Assembly (NCBI GenBank): GCA_965153355.1
Contig: OZ231126.1
Span: forward strand, 23,498,001 to 23,562,000
DNA: 64,000 nt
DNA from: Flaccisagitta enflata
Taxonomy: Eukaryota
Reading direction: 5' to 3'
A program made the translations under genes and the position numbers. Below, piece by piece: positions 39,973 through 54,162 of this stretch. Below the pieces are notes generated by a model. It was not told where the DNA came from and did no database searches. It saw only the letters and a list, made by a program, of their open reading frames with translations. Each line of letters opens with the position of its first letter. Position 1 is the stretch's first letter.

Positions 39973-41808
39973 TTAAGAGACAGAGATATGAAGAGACAGA
40001 CAAAAATATACAAGAGACAATGTGACAGACAAACCGACTGACATAACCAAACAATGAAAGACGAAGAGCTCTACAGAAGCAAGGGAACTTTTACAAACCA
40101 GACAGAAATTACACAAAGAGACAAAAATATTAGGTATTGATGAACAGAGACAGGCAGAGAAAAGAGTGTGTAAACTGATACTTAATTGTAAGTTTGTAAC
40201 CTCAGAAATGAGGTATGGGAGACCACAGACAAGCAATGAAGAGAAGGTTGGAGGGGAAAAGGCAGCTAATTGGGTAGTAAGTAGAGTAAGTAAAAGAGAT
40301 CAAATGTTAGAATAGCAAATAAGGAATAAATTTGAAACAATCGAAGGGGAGGATTAAAATTGCTAATCTAAATTTCCATTTATTTCCGGCTTATTTTCTC
40401 TTCTCCTCTCTCCCGGAGACCCACGAGGGAGTAGAGAGAAGCGTCGTCGTCGTCGTCAATGTCGTCATTTTAAATTTCGTCACCTCCCAGGTCGTCATCA
40501 ACCACCTCTTGTTTCATCGTCGTCGTCCTCAACCTTCTCCAGGTTCATCGTCGTCGTCGTTATCGTCATCGTCGTCGTCGTCAATATCGCCGTCGTCGTC
40601 GTCTTCGTTTCTCAACTGGATTTCGTCGTTGATCGCGTGAAAAGGAAGAAAAAAGCAGCAGCCTGCAGCAGCCAAAAGAGAACCGCTTCACCGCTCCTCG
40701 CTGCTGAGAATCAACCCTTTACTTTTTACTAGAGGTAATTCCTCCGCGCCAAAAAGTAGATCCTTTCTCAATTTCTTTCTTTTTTCAATTTAGGTTTCAA
40801 ACAGCGGCAGGGAGGATGAGGAGGAAGGGAATGGAAAGGATGAGATGAAGATGCAGTGGAGGTTACGAAGAAGGAGGAAGATGAAATAGAAAAAGATAGA
40901 CGAAAGAAAGAAAGAAAGAAAGAAAATAAATGAAAAAGAAAGAGAGGAAAGAAAAAGAAAGAGAAAGAAAACAAAAGAAAAAAAATGAAAGGAAAGAAAA
41001 AGAAGGAAAAAGAAAGAAAACGAATGAGCCTCTTCAGTGATCAACAGTGCAAAAATTAACGGACAAACCGACAAGACGATCCACGTAATGTATTTATGCT
41101 AGAGGAGGAAATGAGGAAAGGAGGAAAGGAGGAAAACAATATCAAATGAAAATAAACCGAGGTCCTCTCAGAAATGTTGACTTTCGAAGTTACGTAACAT
41201 GTTTGCGGAATTTGGACAGAAATTAATGATTTAAGATTTGCTATTCGATGGGATGATCTCTGTTTCGGACCATAACTCAGTGTATTTCATTGCCGGGTAT
41301 GCTGTTGCTTGTGTGTGACATTGCAAACCTTTCTTTGTCACATATTCCTCGACTTAGCCTTAGGCAGGGTTTTGTTATAAAAAGGTCAAGCGCGCCCGAA
41401 CATCGCGTTTCGCGAACGTCAAACTAACTGACGGACTGCCGGACACGTCGTCTTCTAAACATGCTCCCCCTATCACACTTTGTGGCAGCATGATGCCTAG
41501 CATGCTCACCACGCTCATAGAAAGCCCTTAGAATTCACTAGGCAGTGAACTAATTCTTGCCCTATGGTGCTAACTCGGGCTTTTCGAAATTCGCTAGTTA
41601 GCCCCTAAAAAATCGCTAGAATTCGCTAGATTTTTTTCCAAATTAGCTAAAAATTCGCTAGATTTTCCTTTGCTTACCTGATAACCATTAATAGAGAAAA
41701 CGACCCATATAACAAGTAGCCTCTTATAAACAGCGATGTATGGCAGCTTGGGGCCTAGGGACTTCAAAGCCAATTCCAAGCACGACAGCAAATCTAAGCA
41801 CGACAGCC

Positions 41809-42584
41809 TTTTTGGGCAGCGGCCCCAAAGGGCCGATGTCCTGTAGGACACAGGGGTGAACCGTTACGTCCGTCTGACATTATGTCCCCCCCCTCCGAAG
41901 CTTCTCAAGCCTCTCAGGCCTCAAATCTGGCCTCTCAGGCCTCAAATCTGGCCTCTCAGGCCTCAAATCCAGCCTCTCAGGCCTCAAATCCAGCCTTTAG
42001 GCCTCAAATCCAGCCTCTCAGGCCTCAAATATAGCCTCTCAGGCCTCAAATCCAGCCTATCGGGCCTCAAATCCAGCCTCTTGGGCCTCAAATCCAGCCT
42101 CTTGGGCCCTAAATCCAGCCTCTCAGCGGCCCCAAAGGGCCGATGTCCTGTAGGACACAGGGGTGAACCGTTACGTCCGTCTGACATTACGTCCCCCCCT
42201 CCGAAGCTTCTCAAGCCTCTCAGGCCTCAAATCTGGCCTCTCAGGCCTCAAATCTGGCCTCTCAGGCCTCAAATCCAGCCTCTCAGGCCTCAAATCCAGC
42301 CTTTAGGCCTCAAATCCAGCCTCTCAGGCCTCAAATATAGCCTCTCAGGCCTCAAATCCAGCCTCTTGGGCCTCAAATCCAGCCTCTTGGGCCCTAAATC
42401 CAGCCTCTCAGACCTCAAATTCTCATCGAATGATATGTCAGAGAGACGTAACGGTTCACCCTGTGTCTTACAGGACATCGGCCCTTTGGGGCCGCTGCCC
42501 TGCTCTCACTCCACTTCTTCAGCTAATCACTCCAAGCAGGGCATCGGGTACCGCTGACCATGTGCGATCCTTGGATGACTTGTT
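41809..42584 (+). mobile_element. HINE-like family C copy with an internal ~307-bp tandem duplication
   Basis: Absent from the sister MITE copy at 45371-45385; inserted in a T-run with no clear TSD; 41818-42124 is repeated from 42125; 21-bp unit CCTCTCAGGCCTCAAATCCAG. Confidence 0.88.
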
Positions 42585-42628
42585 ACTGATTTGCTATGAT
42601 TTCTAAGCTTTCTAAGCCAATACTAGAC

Positions 42629-43350
42629 AATAGTCGCAAAAGCGTTAGATGGTCAGCGGTACCCGTTGCCCCTATGTGAGTGTATGGGTGTGGTGGTGAG
42701 AGGCAGCGGCGAGGCCGATGACCTATGCTGTTTTATTTGAGCCTGGAGGCTGGAATCGGGGTGAAGCTGGGATTTGAGCTAGAGGCAGGATTTTGCCTTG
42801 GCTGAATTTGAGCCTTGAGACTGGGATTTGAGCCTCAAGGTTGGGGTTTGAGCCTGGAGGCTAAGATTTGTGCCTCGAGGTTGGGGTTTGAGCCTCGAGG
42901 CTGTGATTTGGGCCTTGAGGCTGTAATTTGGGCCTGAGGCTGTGATTAGCCTTGAGGCTGGGATTAAACTTGAGGCTGGGATTTGGGCCTTGAGGCTGAG
43001 ATTTGGGCCTTGAGGCTGGGATTTGGGCTTGAGGCTGGGATTTGGGCCTTGAGGCTGGGATTTGGGCCCCAAGGCTGGGATTTGGGCCTTGAGGCTGGGA
43101 TTTGGGCCTTGAGGCTGGGATTTGGGCCTTGAGGCTGGGATTTAGGCCTCAATGCTGGGATTTGGGCCTTGAGGCTGGGATTTGGGCCTCGAGGCTTGGA
43201 TTTGGGCCTCAAGGCTGGGATTTGGGCCATAAGGCTGAAAGCGGGGGGGGGGGACGGAGAAGGAGAAGAAGGAGGAGGAGAAGGAGGAGGAGAAATTTCC
43301 CCTGTGTGAAAGCATAGGTCATCGGCCCCTTCGGGGCCGCTGCCCAAAAA
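42629..43350 (-). mobile_element. HINE-like family D copy
   Basis: Absent from the sister MITE copy at ~45321-45335; inserted in an A/T run; ~21-bp unit GAGGCTGGGATTTGGGCCTT; terminal hairpin GGCCCC-TTC-GGGGCC. Confidence 0.88.
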
Positions 43351-43404
43351 GTAACAAATAAACGAGTGAATCTCATCTAGATGGTTCTTTCTTTATCAAA
43401 AACT

Positions 43405-43577
43405 CAAGGCCGGATACACGGCCAATACCAGTCGCGGACGGGTAGGGGGCGGAAATGCGCGTTTTCACACTTTCCAACTCGATCACCACGGACCAACCAA
43501 CCGACCAACCGACCAACCAACCAACTGACAGACAGACGGACAAAGCCTCTTATAGAGTCGCTTGTCCGCGACTAAAA
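43405..43577 (-). mobile_element. HINE-like family B copy carried inside the MITE A subfamily
   Basis: Near-identical inverted counterpart at 45103-45271; absent from MITE A copies 1 and 2. Confidence 0.88.
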
Positions 43578-43774
43578 TGATCTGTTTTCAATTGATTTGT
43601 ACAATTTAGTGTATTTTGCAAATAAAGTATCTAGAAAAACTGTATAGTAGGTGTGGGCAAAGCATACTAATCATCATCACATATCAATCAAGCCCTTGCT
43701 TCATTTCGTTTTGCAAACTCGTTAATTATTTCCCCCATATGATTTGATTCAATAAAGTTTTTCTTTTAGGTTCA

Positions 43775-43809
<35 letters not shown>

Positions 43810-43825
43810 AACTGTGTCTGCCAGT

Positions 43826-43914
<89 letters not shown>

Positions 43915-44728
43915 TTTTTTTCACAACATATTCAAAACACATTTTCAAGCCCGACAGCAGGGACGTCACGTGATGTCCCTGAAGTCCCTTGCCATACATC
44001 GCTGCTTATAAATGCGTGTCTGCAACTAAGACTGGAATAAAGGAAAGCGTTCTGGGCTAATAGATAGAACCTTTGAGCACGAAGTAATGCAAACAGTCTG
44101 TTCGCATAATATCACTAAAGATAAGCAAGAGGACATACAACGCATATGATACAATTCAGTATTTCTTCTTCTTTCTTCTGTCTTTCTTCTTCTATAGTTT
44201 TTTTTCTTTTTTTTTCTAATGTGCCGACATCAGGCAGCGCAGCCAGCAGCCTCGAGCAGTTTCACATTTTCAATTCAGTAGAGACAGGGGCCTAAAGAGG
44301 AATTTTGGGCCCCTATACAATCAAATAATCCGCCCCCCCCTACTCTCGACGCAACCGCCAACACGAATAAGGGCACATAGTTGATATACAGTTTTTTACT
44401 GTTTACTTTTCAGTCTCTATACATTCAATCTGGAGAAGAAAATCCAAACGAGTGTTGAACTAAGCTCTGTAACAAAAATAGAAAAAACAAGGCCGAATAC
44501 ACGGCTACCCAAGTTGCGTGCGGGTAGGCGGGCAGGGGCCATATTTGAGGTCACAAGACCATTTAGGCAGGAGCGGTGAGGTCAAAGAAATAAAATCATA
44601 AAAAAAGTAAAATGTAGACCAACCGACCCATTTCTTTCCTCTTCATTTCTATGACAATTGAGGGGGCCCTCCAGGTCCCTCTGAGGCCCGAGCCCCTATA
44701 ATTTCTATAGGGTGTAAAGGCCTCTAGA

Positions 44729-44811
44729 CAGCGATGTATGGCAAGGGACTTCAGGGACATCACGTGACGTCCCTGCTGTCGGGCTTGAAAATGTGTTTTG
44801 AATATGTTGTG

Positions 44812-44854
<43 letters not shown>

Positions 44855-44870
44855 ACTGGCAGACACAGTT

Positions 44871-44905
<35 letters not shown>

Positions 44906-45457
44906 TGAACCTAAAAGAAAAACTTTATTGAATCAAATCATATGGGGGAAATAATTAACGAGTTTGCAAAACGAAATGAAGCAAGGGCTTGATTGATATG
45001 TGATGATGATTAGTATGCTTTGCCCACACCTACTATACAGTTTTTCTAGATACTTTTTTTGCAAAATACACTAAATTGTACAAATCAATTGAAAACAGAT
45101 CATTTTAGTCGCGGACAAGCGACTCTATAAGAGGCTTTGTCCGTCCGTCTGTCAGTTGGTTGGTCGGTTGGTCGGTTGGTTGGTCCGTGGTGATCGAGTT
45201 GGAAAGTGTGAAAACGCGCATTTCCGCCCCCTACCCGTCCGCGACTGGTATTGGCCGTGTATCCGGCCTTGAGTTTTTGATAAAGAAAGAACCATCTAGA
45301 TGAGATTCCCTCGTTTATTTGTTACTTTTTGTCTAGTATTGGCTTAGAAAGCTTAGAAATCATAGCAAATCAGTAAAAAGGCTGTCGTGCTTAGATTTGC
45401 TGTCTTGCTTGGAATTGGCTTTGAAGTCCCTAGGCCCCAAGCTGCCATACATCGCTG
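44729..45457 (+). mobile_element. hAT-type MITE family A, copy 4
   Basis: 15-bp TIR; 8-bp TSD CCTCTAGA (44721-44728, 45458-45465). Confidence 0.92.
45103..45271 (+). mobile_element. HINE-like family B copy within MITE A copy 4
   Basis: TTTTAGTCGCGGACAAGCGACTCTATAAGAGGC...GTCCGCGACT...GGCCGTGTATCCGGCCTTG. Confidence 0.88.
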
Positions 45458-45902
45458 CCTCTAGAGGCCCCTGAGTAGAGAGCATGATAGTTTGGAGAAG
45501 AAAACAATGGGTCTCGAGTTGCCCAGTGGGATAAGTGAATGCACATTCCTATTTCCCATCGGGAATCAACAATTTTTCAATACAAAATAGGAGAAAGCCT
45601 AAAATTGGATAAATATACAGCAAAAATGGAGAGAATTCGCTGAAATTCGCTAAAATTCGCTAGAATTAGCTAGATTAGCTAGGGGCTCCGAAAAAAATCG
45701 CTAGATAATTCGCTAGGAGCTAGATGAAAAATTCTTATCGCTAGGAGGTCCCAAAATTCGCCAAAAATGGCGATAAAATCGCCAAATTAGCAGCAGAGTT
45801 CAGACATAAGTCCAGCAAATACCCACATTCTCACCTCTACCGAGATTAAAATTAGAAAAGCGGTACAATCTCATTATATTATCATGTTTTTGATTTTTTA
45901 TC

Positions 45903-46271
45903 CATCAGCGCAAATCCGATGCGGAATGCTACGTTAAACGCAGAACGACATTTACAACTAACCAACAATCATGAGAATTCATCCCTCTATTTTACAATAA
46001 ATTGAGATTTAGTTCGTTATATGATTCTAATTCATATTGACTGTAAATCAAATCAGCGACATTGCAATGGAGCGGTAATCTAAAAACTGCAATATGCAAA
46101 TCATCCTAAAGCTGACTTATTAAGTCTTCGTCTTCGTCTTCGTCTTCTTCTTCCTTCTTCCCCTTCTTCTCCTTCTTCTCCTTCTTCTCCTTCTTCTTCC
46201 GGGACCTGCCGATATCCTTCTTACCCTGCCGACAAGCGGCGCTGCTCGCTGCCCCAGAATCAAGAGGCCTG
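45903..46271 (-). mobile_element. hAT-type MITE family F, partial copy
   Basis: Ends GCTGCTCGCTGCCCCAGAATCAAGAGGCCTG, closely matching the reverse complement of the 36928 start. Confidence 0.75.
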
Positions 46272-46621
46272 GTCCATGGATCCAGAGGCATTTCCGATTT
46301 CGGGGCAAAACCTTATTTTCTGTACTAAAGCTGCAGTCAAGCCCCATCAAATATGATTTTGTAAATTGAAAAAAAAAAACCATTTGATTATCTTGGTTTG
46401 ATTTTTTGGTGTGGTACACAGTGTTGATGATTCAATTGATGGTTCGATGATCATTGAAGTGCACTTGCATCTTTACTCAATTCCTCGAAAAACCGTAAAA
46501 TCCTAATCAGAAAAGTGTCCAATTTCGACGAAAAACTTTTTTCTTTTTTTTTCTTTCTTATCTTTCATTCATTGCAAAGTGAGTTTTTCTTCTGCTTACT
46601 GACTCGCACCCGAATTTTCTT

Positions 46622-46697
<76 letters not shown>

Positions 46698-46834
46698 TCA
46701 GTCCATGTTTTTTTCTTTCTGTATCCATGATCTCAGTCTCGCTAATACTTTTCGTCATTATGCTAAAAGGGGCGGCGTAACCTTGACTCGAGTGAACGGC
46801 GAGAAAAAAAAAGTCACTTCATCCCGCGCGTGGT

Positions 46835-47560
<726 letters not shown>

Positions 47561-47632
47561 TGTGTGTTGTGTGTTTCGTGTTGTGTGTTGTGTGTGTGTG
47601 TGTGTGTGTACGTGCATGTGCATGTGCCTGTG

Positions 47633-47715
<83 letters not shown>

Positions 47716-48480
47716 TTTCCTATCTTTTCTGGTAGGCAGTAAAAATGGCTCACAGTGTTGCACACGTATCCATTCGTCTTTTTATGGTATTTTAAGATCA
47801 TTCTTAGGTGTGCATGTGTCAATTATGTGAATTTTTGGTAGTACTCCCCACTGTTCGTGACTGCTGTCCTTTGCTGAACTTGTTATTTCTTGATATGTCT
47901 TATTGTCGTCATTAGCAGGGTGGGCAGGGGCCGTAATGTTTTGAAATAAGTCTTTCAGTCGATTGCGCGTCATCCAAAGTTTCGCATTCCCAACCTTCGG
48001 ACCTTCCTTCCTTTCTTTCTTCCTTCCTTCCTTCCTCCCTTCTTTCCTTCCTTCCTTCCTTCCTTCCTTCCATCCTTCCTTCCTTCCTTCCTACGGACAC
48101 AGCCTCTTATAGAGTCGCTTAGCCAGTGACTGAAGAGGGAACGGCGATTAATGAAGAGGGTCTTTAAAAAATTTGGAAAAATATGTATGGTAACGATGAA
48201 TTCGTTCATCGTAAACAGTCAATGAGTCGAGCAACACGGTTTCAGCAACTGAAAAGTGAAAACCGCAAATGAAGCTTTTTTTAAGCTTTTTTTTATGCTC
48301 AATACCAAATTGATCCAGCCCCGTAATTTTAAATCTAAATCTGGTCAAAATCTTGTTTTTTTTCATAAAGCAAACAAAAAATTGTTCCGCTGTGAATGTT
48401 ATAAGGAAATTGACAACAGCAACGGAAATCCGCCTAAACAGAACATAAGTGCCTGATGTATTTGAAAAGATGTATTGCTC

Positions 48481-48746
48481 TTTTTTAGATGCGTCCTCGC
48501 ATCTCTATAAGAGGGTTTGTCCGTCCGTCCGTCGGTCCGTCGGTCGGTCCGTCGGTCGGTCCGTCGGTCGGTCGCCGTGTGAAAACCGCGCTTTGCCGTT
48601 TTCGGCCACGACCAGATCCAGACCGAACTACTGCCCATCTTGTTTTTCCATCTGTCTGTTTGTCCATCTGTCAATCCATATGTGTCACATTATCAATATA
48701 CGCAGAGACACAGTCTGGACGCATCGTTGCCAGTTCGGGCTTGTTT
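48481..48746 (+). mobile_element. HINE-like family E copy
   Basis: 5' hairpin AGATGCG-TCCT-CGCATCT, CTATAAGAGG, (GTCC/GTCG)n, 3' subTIR GGACGCATC, short stem-loop, TTGTT. Confidence 0.85.
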
Positions 48747-48906
48747 CTATTTATGTTATATTCATCATGTAGGCTTTTCATCACGTAAGATTACGCCGAA
48801 TCAAGAACACCCAATTTTCGATTTTGATGGCGACAATAGGCTAAATTTGTTGATTCTTATCAGAAAAGCATTGCCTGAAAATTTCAGCGCCCTCAATTAT
48901 CAAAAC

Positions 48907-49504
48907 CAATAGTCGCAAAAGCGTTAGATGGTCAGCGGTACCCGTTGCCCCTTTGTGAATGTATGTGGGTATGAGGTGGTTAGAAGGGCAGCGGCCCCGA
49001 AGGGGCCGATGACCTATGCTGTTTTTATTTGAGCCTCAAGGCTGGAATTGGGGCCTTGAGGCTGGGATTTGGGCCTTAAAGCTGGGATTTGAGCCTTGAG
49101 GCTGGGATTTGAGCCTCAAGGCTGAGATTTGAGCCTCGAGGCTGGGATTTGAGCTTTTTGGCTGGGAACTGAGCCATGAGGCTATGATTTGAGCCTCAAG
49201 GCTGGGATTTGAGCTTTGAGGCTGGGATTTGAGCCTCGAGGCTGGGTTTTGAGCCTGGAGGTTGGGATTTGAGGCTCAAGGCTGGGAGTTGAGCTTTTAG
49301 GCTGGATTTTGAGCTTTGAGGGCTGGAAAATGAGCCTTCAGGCTGGAAAATGAGCCCTGCGACTAGAATTTGAGCTTCGGAGCCGGGGGGGGGGGACGGA
49401 GAAGGAGAAGAAGAAGAAGAAGAAGAAGAAGGAGGAGGAGGAGAAAATCTCCCATATGTGTGAGAGCATAGGTCATCGGCCCCTTCGGGGCCGCTGCCCA
49501 AAAA
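48907..49504 (-). mobile_element. HINE-like family D copy, intact
   Basis: CAATAGTCGCAAAAGCGTTAGATGGTCAGCGGTACCC tail; 34-bp inverted repeat GGGCAGCGGCCCCGAAGGGGCCGATGACCTATGC; 21-bp minisatellite. Confidence 0.88.
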
Positions 49505-49592
49505 GCATATTACATTTCAAATTTTGGAAAATGAAGTTTTCCAAATAGGGTCACTTTTTTTATCATTTATATTCCTTGGTTGCCATCTTAAT

Positions 49593-49653
<61 letters not shown>

Positions 49654-49769
49654 GTGTGTGTGTGTAAAAGCCTCATATCACCCCTCTCAAGCATAAAAGT
49701 TTATTTGTTCTTCAGGATTTGAGCCCCAAGGCTGGGATTTGGGCCTCAAGGGGCGGATGAGAAGGAGAG

Positions 49770-50471
49770 CAAGGGCACCGAAGGGGACAAAGTCCTGTAG
49801 AACACAGGGGGACTTTCGTTCGTTCGTCCATTTGTTTGTGCGGGCTAGATAAGGGTCAAAGAGGGCTGATGTTAGGCCTTAGGAAGCCAATTAGGGGCCT
49901 GGAAAAACTGATTTGAGGCTTGAGAGAGCTGAATTATGGCTTGAAAGGCTACAGAGGACTGATTTTAAGGCTGAGAGCACTAAATTGAGGCTTACAAGGC
50001 TGATATGTGGCCCGAGGGGCACAATTTTATGCTTGAGGGGCCATATTTGAGGCTTTTGAGGCTAGATTCGAGGCCTGAGAGGCCAAATTTGTGGCCTGAT
50101 AGACTGGATTGTAGGCCTGACAGGCCGGGATTTGAGGCCTGACAGGCTGGTGGGGGGGATGGATAAACGAACAAACAAAAGTCCCCCTGTGCTCTCCTTT
50201 GGGGCTGCTGCCCAAAAAGCAGGGATTTGAGCCAACAGACTGGGATTTGGGCCAACCGGCTGGGATTTGGGCCAACAGGCTGGGATTTGGGCCAACAGGC
50301 TGGAAATCAGGCCAACAGACTGGGAATTAGGCCAACAGATTGGGAATTGGGCCAACAGACTGGGATTTGGACTTTGAGGATGAGATTTGGGCCTTGAGTC
50401 CTAGGGGGGGGGGGAACAGTTCACCCCTGTGTTCTACAGGACATCTGCCCTTTAGGGCCACTGCCCAAAAA
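49770..50471 (-). mobile_element. Two adjacent diverged family C-like copies
   Basis: GTCCTGTAGAACACAGGGG and CCCCTGTGTTCTACAGGAC motifs; ends CTGCCCAAAAA at 50218 and 50471; 21-bp repeats. Confidence 0.7.
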
Positions 50472-50975
50472 GGGTAGGCTGTGGGAAGGGGGGTGGATGG
50501 ATTTATAGGGGTTTGGAAATTCATCCCTGTGCCCCACAGAACTTCCAGACCTAGAAAGCAGATTTGAGGATTGGATAGGAGGGGACTGAAAGACATCTAG
50601 TAGGGATGCTTGAAAGGTCTGATTTAAAGATTAACAGGGACACACCAAATACACACACGCACACACACACGCACACACACACGAACATACACACGCACAC
50701 AAACACACACACACTTTAAGCCGAGATTGCAACAAAAAAAAAAAAAAGATAATATAAAACAATTCCTATACTTGCCTTTTTTTCAGATTTTCAAATCCAG
50801 TATGCTTTTAGTTATCGTTCACTGAGGACACTGAAATTTTCAGAAATTGTTGTTCTAACAAAAATCAACAAATTAAGCCCATTGTCGCTATTCATATCGA
50901 AAATTGGGTGTTCTTGAATCGGCGTAACGTAAGATGGACGCACCTAAAGGAAAAGCTAAAATCGTAGAAGGGGCA

Positions 50976-51067
<92 letters not shown>

Positions 51068-51220
51068 AACGTACACATTTTGACACAAACACATAATTTT
51101 TCGTCTGGATGCTAGGGAGGGGTTAGACACACCGCGTTCGCCCGAGGGACCGAAACGGACATTTAGGATAAGGCCCACTGAGATAGAGAGCGAGCATTTT
51201 TTGACGTGAAAGCCACAGAA

Positions 51221-51294
<74 letters not shown>

Positions 51295-51310
51295 AGAGAA
51301 CGAGCAAGGA

Positions 51311-51379
<69 letters not shown>

Positions 51380-52428
51380 AGAGAATCAATTTATAAGAAG
51401 TAGTAAGAGAAAGAGCAAAGAATATTAGGCTGTAAGATAAATGATATTCGAATGTGGATATCTTTTGAACTCTGGTCGGCTTTTTTTGGTCGCTGGGATT
51501 TGCTTTTCTTTTCTTTTCTTAGCTGCCGACGATTTTACCGACTTTGATCTTTCTTTCCTTCCTAAAATTTCCATTTGTCATTTCTTTCTCTTTCTCTCTC
51601 TTGCTGTCTACTTTTCTACCTTGGCTTTCTCTCTCATCTTTCCTTTTTTTCTTTTCCATTCTATCTCCCCGGCCGTTCTTCTGTTTTATGTCTTTCGTAA
51701 TATCATTCATTCTTTCTGTTTGTCTGTCATTCTGCCTCTTTGTCTCTCTGTCTCTCTGTCTCTCTTTATCTCTGCCATTATGTTTTTCTCTGTCTGGTTT
51801 CCTGACCGTTCAATAGTCAGATTTTCAAGCATTCATTCATTCATTCATTCATTCATTCATCCATTCATTCATTCATTCATTCATTTAAAAGAAATTCACA
51901 TTCTGCACTAATTTCATTCATTCATGCAATAATTCACTTCAATTATTTCCTTTCAATTTTTCTTTCTTTGTCTGTCTTTTGTCTATTTTTTGTCTTTTTT
52001 TTTTACTCTTCGTTTATAATTAATCGTTTCTCGATAAATCGAGTTTTAAAAATCTTTTTAACCGAAATATTTTCCTTATCGGTTTCGTATGTTTGAGTTC
52101 CCACTTAAGAACAGATAGCTGCAGAAGTCATAATCCATTTGTCTCCATAATTTGACGCCGTTTTTTTTTGTCTCTCATTGTTCAGTCATTTGGTACTTAT
52201 CTTTTTTTTTCTCTCATCACCTTCCAGACATCAAGTTATCAATGCCATTTGTCACCCACTTCTCATTTTTCCACAGACTTAATGCGGACGATAAAAAAAA
52301 AACGTGTACAAAGTCTACAATTCTTCAAGCTGAGCGTTGACCTTTGACACATGGCATAAATGGATATTTTCTTCGAGAAACAACAGCACCAACAATAACA
52401 ACATGGACGAGGGCGGAAACGTTTTCAG

Positions 52429-52743
<315 letters not shown>

Positions 52744-53138
52744 GTAAGTTGATTAACGTTGTTACTCTCTGTCGTCGTTGTCCTTTTTTTTCTCCTTTCT
52801 TTTAACTTCGTGTCTGAACTCTCGGTAATGAGGCTTTGAGTCATTTTTCAAAAAAAAAAAAAAGAAAAAAAAAGAAAGAAAATAAAAAGGAATAAAAATC
52901 TGAGGATCGATTTGATTTTCAAGTCGTGCTGGCGGCCCTTCGAGGCATGATTATAGGCAGACAATGGAACAAACGGACCGACGAGCCAAAAGCCGTAATT
53001 ATAATCGATAAATTTCCGCGCGTTTTCGATTCGAAATCATCTTCGTCTCATCCTGATTACGTCCGTCGGATTGTCCGTCCGTCGGTTACACATTACTCAA
53101 TGTCCAAAACTGAAATATCTGGTCTAACGAGGCGCAAT

Positions 53139-53226
<88 letters not shown>

Positions 53227-53241
53227 TGAGTGAGTGAGTGA

Positions 53242-53304
<63 letters not shown>

Positions 53305-53438
53305 CGTGCGTTTTGCAAGTAAAAACATTTATCAACGGCAGTTTAAGTTTGGAACATTACAAAGAAAAGCAAATAACATGGATACACACAAACAATTTCA
53401 ATTTGTCTTCCTTTCCCCATTTGCTTGTTGAACCCAAA

Positions 53439-53501
<63 letters not shown>

Positions 53502-53549
53502 TTTCGTGTTGGTTTGTGTTGGATTGTGTTTGTTGTTACGTCATTAATA

Positions 53550-54046
53550 GTTTCTTCTTTTTCTTCTTCTTCATCTTGTTCTTCTTCATCTTCTTCTTCT
53601 TCTTCTTCTTCTTCTTCTTCTTCTTCTTCTTCTTCTTCTTCTTCTTCTTCTTCTTCTTCTTCTTCTTTCTCTGTTTTTTTCTTTTGTTTCTTTTTCATTC
53701 TTTTCCTTCTTCTTCTTCCTTAGTTGATTGTTCAACTTCTTCAACTGCTTCTCCTTCTTCTCCTCCTTCTGCTTCTTCATCACCTACTTTTTGTTCTTTT
53801 TCTTGTTTTCTTCTTCTATATCGTTGTTCTTCTTTTTCTTCTTCTTCTTCTTCTTCTTCTTCTTCTTCTTCTTCTTCTTCTTCTTCTTCTTCTTCTTCTT
53901 CTTCTTCTTCTTCTTCTTCTTCTTCTTCTTCTTCTTCTTCTTCTTCTTCTTCTTCTTCTTCTTCTTCTTCTTCTTCTTCTTCTTCTTCTTCTTCTTCTTC
54001 TTCTTCTTCTTCTTCTTCTTCTTCTTCTTCTTCTTCTTCTTCTTCT

Positions 54047-54092
<46 letters not shown>

Positions 54093-54162
54093 GTTTTCTT
54101 CTTCGTCTTCAACGTTCTCCTACTTCTTCTTCTTCATCTTCTTGTTTTCTTCTTCTTCTTCT
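53550..54162 (+). repeat. (CTT)n microsatellites with degenerate flanks
   Basis: Direct reading. Confidence 0.95.

Larger units (their letters stand above)
41731..44004 (-). mobile_element. hAT-type MITE family A, copy 3, with three nested HINE-like insertions
   Basis: Same 15-bp TIR; 8-bp TSD CTTATAAA (41723-41730, 44005-44012). Confidence 0.92.
44285..45473 (+). mobile_element. hAT-type MITE family G hosting a B fragment (~44486-44630) and MITE A copy 4
   Basis: CAGGGGCCT...AGGCCCCTG termini; 8-bp TSD AGTAGAGA (44277-44284, 45474-45481); related end fragment at 19435-19489. Confidence 0.85.
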
